Source: an uncultured Eubacteriales bacterium
Lineage (GTDB): Bacteria > Bacillota > Clostridia > Christensenellales > UBA1242
Assembly (NCBI GenBank): GCA_948787875.1
Contig: CAQFKO010000002.1
Span: forward strand, 1-48,378
Length of the DNA stretch: 48,378 nucleotides
Reading direction: 5' to 3'
Shown: one piece after another, positions 19,122 to 28,493 of the stretch
Position numbering within the stretch: the stretch's first letter is position 1
Layout of the letters: every line of letters begins with the position of its first letter
Translations under genes and position numbers: made by a program
Notes under the pieces: generated by a model
What the model was told of the DNA's origin: nothing
What the model saw: the letters and a program-made list of their open reading frames with translations, nothing else
Databases searched by the model: none

Positions 19122-21764
19122 ATGAAAAAACCAAAGTTAAATATAAAAGATTGGATAATTGGGCACAGAGATTATTTTATTGTTTTTGCTGCTGTTTTTG
19201 TTTTATATAATGTGATGCTTGCTATATGCGGCATCTACCCTTATGGCGGAAATACCATTTTATATAGTGATAGCATCGCACAAATCGGACCTTTTTTTGA
19301 ACATATTTTCAGATTTTTAAAAGGTGAGGCATCACTGTTTTATTATAATGGATTAGCGGGTGGAGTTGAAATTCTTTCTACCATAATATATATGCTTTTA
19401 AATCCATTTTATTTGGTGCTTTTACCTTTTGGTGAGGGCGGAATATTTTATGCGTTTTCATTGGTGCTATTTTTGATTTTTGTTTTCAATGCCTTTGTGT
19501 TTTTGTGGTTTGCAAAAAAATATTTCAAAAGCATAAAAGAATATATAATTATTTTGCTTACACTTATTTTTACATTCAGCGGTTATATTGCGTTTAGCTA
19601 CGGCTTTGTTACTTGGCTTATTTATCCCGGAATAACACTGCTTTTAATAGACGCCTTTTTGATTTTGGTAAACGAGAAAAAAATTGCAAAATTTATTGCA
19701 ACAATGGTTTGGTTTGTTGTAACGAGTTTTGGAGTGGGCGTATCGTCTAACTTTATTTTGGTGTTGTTGTTTTTTGGCTATATATTTTTCACCAAAGAAA
19801 AAGAGGAGAAAAAACAACTTAGCCTAAAACTTCTTTTGGCTTATGTTGTTGCGGCACTAATTAGCATAATCATTTTGTTCCCCGCAATAATGGCAATGCT
19901 TGGAAGCACAAGAAATGCATCACTTTTGGAAAACCTTTTAAGCAAAGGAAATTATAATCTTATTCAAAACAAAATCACGGGTCTGTTTATGGAAACCGCG
20001 ATTGCAGTGTTTGCGGTATTCTATTTGATAAAGTGCAACAAAAAAGAAAAAATCAACAAGTTTTACTTTTTTGCAATAGCGGTTGTGTGCGTTCCTATTA
20101 TCTTTGATGTCAGTCAAAAACTGCTGTGCGGTTCAATATATTTTGCTTTTGCATTTAGGTTCAGCTTTATAAACACGATTTTACTGTTTATTTTGTCAAT
20201 GAAATATTTTGAACTTTTGTCTTCAAAGGCAGTGCAAGAAGAAGATACAAAGTCACAACCGTTGTTTAAATTTTTAATAGTTTTGATATTATCGGTATTT
20301 GTTGTTGGGATTATTTTTCTGGAAATTATGATGGGGAAAAATATCGGAAGCAATATAAAAAATCCAAATTCGCAAGGCGAAATGAATCTTTTACTTATTT
20401 GCTTAACTGTTTTGTTTGTTTTTACCGTGTTGTTAACAAAGCTTGGCGCGTGGCGAAAAGTTATTTCAAAAAAAATTTACAAGGCTTCAACAATCTGTAC
20501 TCTTGCAATATGTTTACTCTTCAATTTTTGCGCAGTGGCGCTTTATTCTCCTGATAATGGTGAAAAATTTGTCAATAATTCCAAATTTGTAAGCAGTCAA
20601 AATCTTTCGGGAAATTTAAAATATTTTCATTTAGATAAGTTAAATCAATTAAATACAAATGCTTACGGAATTGATATTTATGATTATTTTTCTTCACTGA
20701 TAAATGAAAAAACAATCAGTTCGTTTGATACAATAGGATTTTATTCGGGCGATACCTTTGTATCAACCACTTGCGGAACAATATTATCCGATTGCCTTGC
20801 GGGCAACAATATATATCTGTCAAGCAAAGAGCAAAACAGGCCTTATTTAAAATTGCTTGCAAAAAACGAAGATGTTTATGTTTATCAAAACACACTTGCA
20901 ACAACGGGAGCAGTTGTTCTTCCTGAGGGCTTTGCCTTTGATAACGACAAAGGTAGTTTTTCAAACTTTCAAGCGTTGGCAGAAGCTTTCGGAATAACAG
21001 GGCAAATTTTCAGTAATACAAATGTTGACTCAAAAAGGATAGAATTTGATGATAAAAGGGATTATTTTCTTGAAAAAATAAAATATACAGCTGAATTTGA
21101 TTGCATTTTGCAAGTTAATGGTGAAATTCAAAGTGTAAAATTAGATAAAAAAACAGAGAAAGAAATAGTCGGAGAATGCGAATATTTCGGATTAAATAAT
21201 ATTGACAAATTATCATGTTCAGATGTAATATATTTAAATGCAGGTGAAACTGTTGAATTTTTTGTTTGTATAGAGAAAAAAGATGCAAACAAAAATATTA
21301 ATTTCACTGTAACCGATTATTCCGTTGCAAAAGCTTTGTGTGAAAAATTGATAGAAAATCAAGCAAGATTCACAAAAAACAAAAATGGTTATAACATAAA
21401 TGCAAAACTTGAAAACGACGGAAGACTGTTTGTTTGTCAAGTGGATATTGACGGCATGAATTATAAATTAGACGGAAATGAAGTTGTTGCGGTTGATGCA
21501 ATCGGAGAATTTGCTTGTTTTGATTTAAGTGCAGGAGAGCATAATATTGTTGCGACCTATACTTATCCTCATATAACCGCATGGATAATTGTCGCACTTT
21601 TTTGTCTTTTATTAGTTGTGCTATTACTACTACTGAATAGATTTGTAAATTTGTCAAAACTAAATAAAGTCGCATATATTTCAATGCTGGTTATTTGCGG
21701 ACTTGATATTTTGGTTTTTTATGCAATCGGCATAATTTTATCTATAGTATTTATATTTTTATAG
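19122..21764 (+). CDS. YfhO-family polytopic membrane protein (putative glycosyltransferase)
   Basis: About 880 aa from the ATG at 19122. The N-terminus reads YPYGGNTILYSDSIAQIGPFFEHIF. There are many TM helices, a large extracytoplasmic C-terminal domain and a terminal TM. Confidence 0.65.
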   Translation: MKKPKLNIKDWIIGHRDYFIVFAAVFVLYNVMLAICGIYPYGGNTILYSDSIAQIGPFFEHIFRFLKGEASLFYYNGLAGGVEILSTIIYMLLNPFYLVLLPFGEGGIFYAFSLVLFLIFVFNAFVFLWFAKKYFKSIKEYIIILLTLIFTFSGYIAFSYGFVTWLIYPGITLLLIDAFLILVNEKKIAKFIATMVWFVVTSFGVGVSSNFILVLLFFGYIFFTKEKEEKKQLSLKLLLAYVVAALISIIILFPAIMAMLGSTRNASLLENLLSKGNYNLIQNKITGLFMETAIAVFAVFYLIKCNKKEKINKFYFFAIAVVCVPIIFDVSQKLLCGSIYFAFAFRFSFINTILLFILSMKYFELLSSKAVQEEDTKSQPLFKFLIVLILSVFVVGIIFLEIMMGKNIGSNIKNPNSQGEMNLLLICLTVLFVFTVLLTKLGAWRKVISKKIYKASTICTLAICLLFNFCAVALYSPDNGEKFVNNSKFVSSQNLSGNLKYFHLDKLNQLNTNAYGIDIYDYFSSLINEKTISSFDTIGFYSGDTFVSTTCGTILSDCLAGNNIYLSSKEQNRPYLKLLAKNEDVYVYQNTLATTGAVVLPEGFAFDNDKGSFSNFQALAEAFGITGQIFSNTNVDSKRIEFDDKRDYFLEKIKYTAEFDCILQVNGEIQSVKLDKKTEKEIVGECEYFGLNNIDKLSCSDVIYLNAGETVEFFVCIEKKDANKNINFTVTDYSVAKALCEKLIENQARFTKNKNGYNINAKLENDGRLFVCQVDIDGMNYKLDGNEVVAVDAIGEFACFDLSAGEHNIVATYTYPHITAWIIVALFCLLLVVLLLLLNRFVNLSKLNKVAYISMLVICGLDILVFYAIGIILSIVFIFL

Positions 21765-21872
21765 TTTATTTAATTAGCTTTGCCAAAGATTTTGGAGAGC
21801 TAATTTTTTTTAGTCCCAAAAATTGATTGAGCAAATTTTTTTAATGTGCTAAAATATAATCAGAGGTGCAAA

Positions 21873-23561
21873 ATGGTAGGTCTTATCAGTGAAAACGACA
21901 GCAAAGTTCTTGGTGGCACGGGATTTATAAAAAACGCAGTGTTATACAAAGATTTATTTGCTTTTTATGATGCCTATGTAAATTTGCTGAGCTTGGATTC
22001 AAATGATATTCCCAATTATTGCAAACTGACCAAGGGCAGACTTTGTCTTGAAGGAATATGTTTGTTTATGAAAAACTATGCTTCCGAACTTGGCTTTGAA
22101 ACATTAAATCTTACCCTTGGATATTTAAAGGTTCTTTACTACACCATTGCAAGTTATTCCAATGGAAAAACTTTTCCTGACCGCAAGGCAATCGAAGTTG
22201 AATTTAGGGCATATAAAGATGCCAGCACAAAGGTTTTTGTTCAAGCAAAAGAAAAGGTAAAGGTTGCAGAGCAAAGTTATAACTTATCAAAAGAAGATTT
22301 TGAAAAACATAACAACAGCTGTGCCGGAAAAAAGGTCACCGCAAGAGTTTTAGACGGCGCATTTATTGTGTTTTTGGTTTTGGCGTTTATGAGCGCAATG
22401 GTTGCATTTTCCTTTTATTTTATAAGCAAAATTCCACTTCAAAGTGCAATAATTTCGGCGACAGCACTGCTTGTTGTTTGTTTGTCTGTGGCAATAACAC
22501 TTAAAATTATTTCCAAAAAACTTGAAGCGCGAGCCGGCGAAATGACTTATGAATTGCAAAACAAAAAGAGAACCAAAGATTTGGAAGCAAAAAAGTTTGC
22601 AAGCGAAAAAGATAATTTAAATCGAATAATAAGTGAAAGGTATGAATTTAAAAACAATTTTTCTTGGGCTCTTACCGATTATTACAGCCCGCTTTCTTTT
22701 GAAGAAATTGCAAAACTTGCAAAAGAATACAGACTTTTGTCTTACAACATAAAACTAGATGTTCTTGCACTTTTCAAAAACCAAAGCAGTGAAGCGACTT
22801 CAATAATAAACCAGCTAAAACATTTGTCTAAGTCAGACAAAATGAAAGACCTTGAAGAAATTTATGAGCAAATTGATGCAAAAGATTGGCTAAAATATAA
22901 TAGTGAGGTAAGAGTAGAGTTTTTAAAACGCTTTATTCAACAAGCGAGCAAAACATTTGAATGGAAACTTGATTTTAACGGAACAAAAATCGACCCGTTT
23001 GGCATAAATGCAAAATTGCTGGCAAAGGAACAAATTGTTTATTTAAAATCGCAAGATGATTTGTTTGTTACCTCTTCGCTAGACAAATTTTTAAACACAA
23101 ACCTTGTAAAAAATGAAAAAATTTTGTTTTTGGAAGGTTCTGCCACTTGCGAAAGTTTAAGGGAATTAAAGGCTCAATATATTTCGCACTTTTATAACTA
23201 TAATGAAACAAAAAAATACGACAATTTGTTTTATGAAAACAAAATGACGGGCGCGGCAAAAGTGTCGGAAGATATTATCGATAATTATTCAAAAATACCG
23301 ACATTTGTTTGGCTGAAAATAAAATCGGCGGAAAATCAGCTAAATATGGCAAATCCAAAAAGTTCAACCATTCGCCAGCTTGAAGAAATTATTGCGGAAA
23401 ACGAAGGCGGAGAGCTCAGTTTCTTTGAGGATTTGGAAAATGGAGAAGATTCAAAAGAAAAGGTCAACCTTGTGGCAGAAATTTATGCGGAAGATGTTGA
23501 GGGCTTTGGCATAAAATACACTTTTGGAGAAAACACCTTTATCGGTTATAGATTGGCATAA
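21873..23561 (+). CDS. Hypothetical membrane protein (two central TM helices)
   Basis: The start is the ATG at 21873 after AGAGGTG. TM segments are AFIVFLVLAFMSAMVAFSFYFI and AIISATALLVVCLSVAITLKII. I recognise no family. Confidence 0.55.
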   Translation: MVGLISENDSKVLGGTGFIKNAVLYKDLFAFYDAYVNLLSLDSNDIPNYCKLTKGRLCLEGICLFMKNYASELGFETLNLTLGYLKVLYYTIASYSNGKTFPDRKAIEVEFRAYKDASTKVFVQAKEKVKVAEQSYNLSKEDFEKHNNSCAGKKVTARVLDGAFIVFLVLAFMSAMVAFSFYFISKIPLQSAIISATALLVVCLSVAITLKIISKKLEARAGEMTYELQNKKRTKDLEAKKFASEKDNLNRIISERYEFKNNFSWALTDYYSPLSFEEIAKLAKEYRLLSYNIKLDVLALFKNQSSEATSIINQLKHLSKSDKMKDLEEIYEQIDAKDWLKYNSEVRVEFLKRFIQQASKTFEWKLDFNGTKIDPFGINAKLLAKEQIVYLKSQDDLFVTSSLDKFLNTNLVKNEKILFLEGSATCESLRELKAQYISHFYNYNETKKYDNLFYENKMTGAAKVSEDIIDNYSKIPTFVWLKIKSAENQLNMANPKSSTIRQLEEIIAENEGGELSFFEDLENGEDSKEKVNLVAEIYAEDVEGFGIKYTFGENTFIGYRLA

Positions 23562-23590
23562 AAAAATTGGCGAAATTCGCCAATTTTTAT
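23560..23590. terminator. Bidirectional terminator
   Basis: Palindrome aaaattggcgaa-a-ttcgccaatttt lying between convergent genes. Confidence 0.65.
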
Positions 23591-23601
23591 TTAAAAGCAA
23601 A

Positions 23602-24027
23602 TTACTTTTCTGTTTCAAGAAGTTCGTCAATATTACATTCAAAATATTTGGCAATATCAACAATCTTGCTAATAGACGGAGCTGTGCCATATTTCCATCT
23701 CGAAAAATTGGTTCTTGATATTCCAAGGTCACTGCAAAGTTTTAGTTTTGAAATATTCAAAGAGCTTCTCATTTTCTCCAAGTTTTCATAAAATTTGGTT
23801 TGCTTTAATTTATATCTTTTAAAATTATTATCGTCGGTTGTTCCAACTATATAATCAATAGAAAGTTCCAAATAATTTGCAATTTTAATCATGCTTGCAA
23901 GCGAAGGTGCGGTCTTGCTAAAAGAATAGAAAGAATTTTTTGCCAAAATATTATTTCTTTCCAAATCCTTAATGGTTTTACCTTTCTCAATCAAAATTTC
24001 TAAAATAAGTTCTCCATAATTCGACAT
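23602..24027 (-). CDS. XRE-family transcriptional regulator with two tandem HTH domains
   Basis: Two HTH_3-like units are present. One runs from KTIKDLERNNILAKNSFYSFSK to IANYLELSIDYIVG. The other runs from ISKLKLCSDLGISRTNFSRWKYG to IAKYFECNIDELL. Confidence 0.75.
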   Translation of the reverse strand: MSNYGELILEILIEKGKTIKDLERNNILAKNSFYSFSKTAPSLASMIKIANYLELSIDYIVGTTDDNNFKRYKLKQTKFYENLEKMRSSLNISKLKLCSDLGISRTNFSRWKYGTAPSISKIVDIAKYFECNIDELLETEK

Positions 24028-24087
24028 AAACAGACCTCAATGTACCAAGTTATTTAACTTATTTTATGTAATTTGGTCGTATTTTAG

Positions 24088-24117
24088 TTGATTTTAGATA
24101 ACTAGGTACAGTATAAT
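24088..24117 (+). promoter_or_regulatory. Orphan sigma-A-type promoter
   Basis: TTGATT, an 18-nt spacer, then TATAAT. No ORF longer than 9 codons follows before the hairpin at 24192-24239. Confidence 0.4.
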
Positions 24118-24123
24118 GTATTT

Positions 24124-24243
24124 GTGCACATGCACTCACAAATGAAAAAGTATTAATACACTAATGATTTACAAAATCACAAAAGAAAAACAAACCGCTT
24201 ATATTTTATGTTTAACCAAAACATAAAACAAAGCGGTTTATTT
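24124..24243 (+). ncRNA. Candidate small RNA or 5' leader (about 120 nt)
   Basis: It lies between the promoter at 24088-24117 and a long interrupted hairpin, aaaccgctt...aagcggttt with inner ttttatgtt/aacataaaa, followed by a T-rich tract. Internal small stems include tttgtg/cacaaa and tgattt/aaatca. Confidence 0.3.
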
Positions 24244-24244
24244 A

Positions 24245-24273
24245 TTGCAATTTTTTTTTAAAGTAATTATAAT
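24245..24273 (+). promoter_or_regulatory. prfB-proximal promoter
   Basis: TTGCAA, a 17-nt spacer, then TATAAT, about 20 nt upstream of the prfB ATG. Confidence 0.5.
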
Positions 24274-24292
24274 AAAGATATAGGAGAAATTA

Positions 24293-25391
24293 ATGTTTGA
24301 TATTGAAGAGCTTAAAAAGTTAAGTGAAATGCAAGCGCAAACAGTGCACTGTCTTTGACGAGGCGGGGCTTATTGAAAAACAAAAAAGGCTTAAAAAAGA
24401 AGAGCAAGACGAAAATATTTATGCCGACCCATCAAGGTTAAAAAGAGTGGGAAAAGAAAAAAAAGCAACAGAACTTGTTTTGGAAAAAATAACAAAAACA
24501 AGGTCGCAAATTTCAGACCTGTTCGCACTTTTTGAACTTTTGCAGAGCGAGAGTGCCGGCGAAGAAGATTGGAAAGAGTTTGGCTTGGAATTGTCGCAGG
24601 CAAAAAAAGATATAGAAGAACTTTATATAGAAACTCTTTATTCCGGAGAGCATGACGACTCCGACGCGCTAATTGAGCTTCATGCTGGGGCGGGCGGAGA
24701 AGAGGCTCAGGATTGGACTCAAATGTTAGAGCGAATGTTTTCGAGGTTCGCAGACAAAGAGGGTTATGATGTAAAAGTTTTAAACTATCTTTATGGCGAA
24801 GGAGCGGGCTATAAGTCAGTAACTTTGCTTGTTGAAGGCAAGCACGCATACGGCAACCTCAAATGTGAGCGCGGTGTGCACAGGCTTGTAAGAATTTCGC
24901 CTTTTGACGCAAATAAACGCAGGCACACATCTTTTGCAAGTGTAGAGGTTTCTCCCATAATAGAAGATAGTGCCGAAATAGAAATTAGGCCCGACGAGAT
25001 TAAGGTTGATACTTTCAGAAGTGGGGGCGCGGGCGGTCAGCATATCAACAAAACCGAAAGTGCGGTCAGAATTACTCACATAAAAACGGGAATAGTTGTT
25101 GCGTGTCAAAATGAACGCAGTCAAACTCAAAACCGTGAGTATGCCATGAAAATGTTATATGCAAAGCTTGCCGAAAAGGCAGAAAAAGAAAAGGAAGCGG
25201 AGCGTTTAAAAAAACTCGGGCTTCAAATGAAAATCGAGTGGGGCAGTCAAATAAGGTCTTATGTGCTTTGTCCGTATAACTTGGTAAAAGACCACAGAAC
25301 CAATTTTGAAACGGGCGACACAGCATCAGTTTTAGACGGCGACATAAAAGACTTTATTATCGAAAAGCTTAAAAGTGATAAATTAAATTAA
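24293..25391 (+). CDS. prfB: Peptide chain release factor 2, with programmed +1 frameshift
   Basis: Frame 0 reads MFDIEELKKLSEMQAQTVHCL, then TGA at 24356-24358. The slippery context is CTT TGA C. The +1 frame continues from GAC at 24357 as DEAGLIEKQ... to 25391. The SPF motif (RISPFDA) and the GGQ motif (SGGAGGQHINK) are present. Confidence 0.9.
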
Positions 25392-25403
25392 CAGAGGAAA
25401 AAT

Positions 25404-25859
25404 ATGAAAGTTTATAAATTCAAATGCAAAGATTGCGGTTCAAAGTCTTATCAAAAATTAGATGAAAACACTTATAAATGTGTTTATTGCGGTTGCGTTG
25501 AAGAGCTTATTTCAGACAAAAAAGAAACTTTAAACGAAGCCAAAAATGAGTCTGAAAATCAAGAAAATTTAAACCAAAACAAAGCCGAAACAAAAGCTGA
25601 ACAAAAGTGCTGTCACAAATCAAAAACAGCAGATAATGTTGCAAGTGAAAGATTCACAAAAGCGTTAATCAACTTTTTGATATGCTTTTTTGCAGGAATG
25701 TTCGGCGTTCATAAGTTTTTAGAAGGCAAAATCTTTTTAGGTATTGTTTATTTGTTTACGGGCGGATTGTTTTTGGTGGGCTATATAATAGATTGCATAG
25801 TTTTGGGCGCAAAACTTTTGTCAGAACTACTTAGTTTAATTTCCAAAAAGGCGGCATAA
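25404..25859 (+). CDS. Zinc-ribbon plus TM2-domain membrane protein
   Basis: The N-terminus has CKDCGS...CVYCGC. The C-terminus has a TM2-like segment, GMFGVHKFLEGKIFLGIVYLFTGGLFLVGYIID. Confidence 0.65.
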   Translation: MKVYKFKCKDCGSKSYQKLDENTYKCVYCGCVEELISDKKETLNEAKNESENQENLNQNKAETKAEQKCCHKSKTADNVASERFTKALINFLICFFAGMFGVHKFLEGKIFLGIVYLFTGGLFLVGYIIDCIVLGAKLLSELLSLISKKAA

Positions 25860-25860
25860 C

Positions 25861-26880
25861 ATGAAAAAAGATATTTTGATTTTGGGAATAGAAAGCAGTT
25901 GCGACGAAACTTCGGTGGCTGTTGTTAAAAATGGCAGAGAAGTTTTATCCAATGTTATTTCTACACAAATAGACATTCACAAACTTTATGGCGGGGTTGT
26001 GCCTGAAATAGCATCAAGAAATCATGTTATGAACATTGATGGAGTTTATAAGCAAGCACTAAACGAGGCAAATGTAACAATTGACGATATTGATGCAATT
26101 GCGGTAACTTATGGTGCGGGGCTTCTTGGTGCGCTTATTGTGGGCGTAAATTTTGCAAAGGCACTTGCCTATTCAACAAAAAAACCGCTTATAGCAGTAA
26201 ATCATATAGAAGGTCATATTGCGGCAAATTATATTGAACACAAACAACTTGAACCGCCTTTTGCTTGCCTAATTGTTTCGGGTGGGCACACAGCGCTGGT
26301 TAAGATGGAAAGTTACACAGAGCGAAAATTGATTGGCACAACCACAGACGATGCCATAGGTGAGGCTTTTGATAAGGTTGCTCGCGAGTGCGGGCTAAGT
26401 TATCCCGGCGGACCAAATGTTCAAAAACAAGCGATGCTTGGAGAGCCTTGCATAAAGTTCACGGGCATGAATTTTGAAAAAGCAGATAATTTCAATTTTT
26501 CATACAGCGGACTAAAAACAGCCACAATAAACTATATTCACAACGCCCGTCAGCGTGGCGAAGAGCCAAATGTTCAAAATATTTGTGCAAGCTTTCAGGC
26601 AGAAGCAGTGAGTCAAGTAGTAAAAAAATCTGTTTCGGCGATAGAAAAATTCAATTACAAAAAGTTGGTTTTGGCGGGTGGGGTTTCTGCCAATTTGCAT
26701 TTAAGAGAGCAAATGAAGGCAGAGGCTGAAAAAGTGGGCGCGGAAGTGTTTTATCCAAACTTAACACTTTGCACCGACAATGCCGCCATGATTGCATCGG
26801 CGGGTTATTTTAACTTTATTGCGGGCAAAAGCATTGTTGACCCAAAAACTTTGGTCCCTACCGGAAATATTGCTCTGTAA
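25861..26880 (+). CDS. tsaD: tRNA N6-adenosine threonylcarbamoyltransferase
   Basis: ILGIESSCDETSVAVV, VNHIEGHI and SGGHT (Kae1/Gcp family). Confidence 0.9.
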   Translation: MKKDILILGIESSCDETSVAVVKNGREVLSNVISTQIDIHKLYGGVVPEIASRNHVMNIDGVYKQALNEANVTIDDIDAIAVTYGAGLLGALIVGVNFAKALAYSTKKPLIAVNHIEGHIAANYIEHKQLEPPFACLIVSGGHTALVKMESYTERKLIGTTTDDAIGEAFDKVARECGLSYPGGPNVQKQAMLGEPCIKFTGMNFEKADNFNFSYSGLKTATINYIHNARQRGEEPNVQNICASFQAEAVSQVVKKSVSAIEKFNYKKLVLAGGVSANLHLREQMKAEAEKVGAEVFYPNLTLCTDNAAMIASAGYFNFIAGKSIVDPKTLVPTGNIAL

Positions 26881-26922
26881 TTTGACAAAGTATATCGCAA
26901 AAGTTTTTTTAATAAGCATAAC

Positions 26923-26951
26923 AAAGTGCCGCCAAATTGTCGGCATTTTTT
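26923..26951 (+). terminator. tsaD terminator
   Basis: GC-core hairpin tgccg / cggca extended by A:T pairs, then a T-run. Confidence 0.45.
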
Positions 26952-27126
26952 ATTGTTAGTGCAAAAATAAAATTTATAATAAACATTTTCAACAAAGACT
27001 GCCACAAAATTCGCAAAATACACTGAAATTTGAATTTTAAGTTATTGACTTATAAAATATTATAATATATAATTATAAAAAATAATTAAAAATTTAATGT
27101 TTCTGCGGAAATGTTAAGTTTTTCTA

Positions 27127-27155
27127 TTGACAGCGTTTTTTTTGTGTGCTAATAT
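27127..27155 (+). promoter_or_regulatory. Promoter for rpmG-secE-nusG
   Basis: TTGACA, a 17-nt spacer, then TGcTAATAT. A leader hairpin caccaacc/ggtaggtg lies just before the RBS. Confidence 0.5.
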
Positions 27156-27206
27156 AATTAAGCACCAACCGCTGCGGTAGGTGTTAATTTTTTGAGGAGA
27201 AAAATT

Positions 27207-27356
27207 ATGAGAAACAGAATTACCTTAGAGTGCACAGAGTGCAAGAATCGCAATTATGACAGCTACAAAAACAAGAAAAATGATCCAGATAGACTTTCAT
27301 TTTCAAAATATTGCCCAACTTGCAAAAAGCACACAGTTCATAAAGAATCAAAATAG
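27207..27356 (+). CDS. rpmG: 50S ribosomal protein L33
   Basis: 49 aa, below the track cutoff: [49 protein letters not shown]. The RBS is GAGGAG. Confidence 0.9.
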   Translation: MRNRITLECTECKNRNYDSYKNKKNDPDRLSFSKYCPTCKKHTVHKESK

Positions 27357-27368
27357 TAGGAGAGTATA

Positions 27369-27755
27369 ATGGCAAAACGCAAAAAAAAGCCTACAAAAGC
27401 AAATTCAGCAAGAAAAAATAATGCTGCACAAGTTCAAACAAATGATGTGCAAGAGGTTGAAACTTCCAACATTGTTTTGACAGAAGTTAAACACAAACCT
27501 AGCAAAGAAGAAAAAAAGCAAGCCAAACTTGCTGAAAAGAATAACAAGCAAAAGAAAAAGGCAAAAGAAGAAGCTCCAAAAAGACACAGAGTAAAAGAAG
27601 TGTTTTCTGAGCTAAAAAAAGTTAATTGGCCAAGTTTCAAAAAAACCTGCAAACAAACGGGCGCAGTGCTTATTGTTGTGGCTGTTTTTATGCTTGTCGT
27701 TTTGGGCATTGATTCACTACTTGGTTGGCTTATCACCTTGATCGGAAAAATTTAA
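27369..27755 (+). CDS. secE: Preprotein translocase subunit SecE with a long Lys-rich N-terminal extension
   Basis: The C-terminal 55 aa (VKEVFSELKKVNWPSFKKTCKQTGAVLIVVAVFMLVVLGIDSLLGWLI) are SecE-like. The gene sits between rpmG and nusG. Confidence 0.8.
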   Translation: MAKRKKKPTKANSARKNNAAQVQTNDVQEVETSNIVLTEVKHKPSKEEKKQAKLAEKNNKQKKKAKEEAPKRHRVKEVFSELKKVNWPSFKKTCKQTGAVLIVVAVFMLVVLGIDSLLGWLITLIGKI

Positions 27756-27789
27756 GCAAGCGAACTATTATTCGCAAAAAGGATTGGTT

Positions 27790-28329
27790 ATGATAGATAC
27801 ATCAAAATTAGACGAGCCAAAGTGGTATGTTCTTCATACCTTCACAGGCTATGAGGCAATGGCAGTTGAAAACCTCAACAAATGTATTGCTAAAAACAAT
27901 CTTCAAGATTATATTTTGGAAGTTAAAATTCCAATGGAAACCGTTATTGAAGAGGGCAAAAACGGAAAAAAGAAAGCCGTTGAACGCAAACTCTTTCCAT
28001 GCTATGTTTTAATAAAGATGCGCTACACTGACAGTTTGTGGCACACAATTGTCAATTCAAGAGGCGTAACCGGCTTTGTTGGTCCTGCGGGCAGACCTTT
28101 GCCACTGACCGAAGAAGAGGTTAAAAAAATGAAGCTTGAACACAGCGTGGTAGACATAAAGGTTTCTGTGGGCAACCATATCAAAATCACAGACGGCGCT
28201 CTTGACGGCTTTGTCGGAACAGTTTCTGCTGTTGACGAGGCAGCAGGCAAGTGCAAGGTTGAAGTTGAGATGTTCGGAAGACCAACTGTTGTTGAAGTTG
28301 ATTTCTCTCAATTTGAACTAATTGACTAA
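27790..28329 (+). CDS. nusG: Transcription termination/antitermination factor NusG
   Basis: KWYVLHTFTGYE (NGN domain) and a KOW domain (GNHIKITDGALDGFVGTV). The ATG at 27790 is preferred over the TTG at 27784. Confidence 0.9.
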   Translation: MIDTSKLDEPKWYVLHTFTGYEAMAVENLNKCIAKNNLQDYILEVKIPMETVIEEGKNGKKKAVERKLFPCYVLIKMRYTDSLWHTIVNSRGVTGFVGPAGRPLPLTEEEVKKMKLEHSVVDIKVSVGNHIKITDGALDGFVGTVSAVDEAAGKCKVEVEMFGRPTVVEVDFSQFELID

Positions 28330-28394
28330 AATTTGATAACAAAAAATATTAAAATTTTTTGGTTTAAAACATTTCTGAAAAACAAATCGGTATT

Positions 28395-28480
28395 TACGGA
28401 CTTGCCTGTCCGTTAATATATAAGTGGGAGAGGTAAATTTTTATGCCTCAATCAAACCACAGTTATTCTTGAAAAAGAAT
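28395..28480 (+). promoter_or_regulatory. Possible L11-operon leader (L1 autoregulatory site candidate)
   Basis: Stems are acggac/gtccgt, and gtgg..gagg...cctc..ccac with asymmetric internal loops. A further stem ttattctt/aagaataa abuts the RBS. The assignment is by position only. Confidence 0.25.
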
Positions 28481-28493
28481 AAAGGAGAAAATT

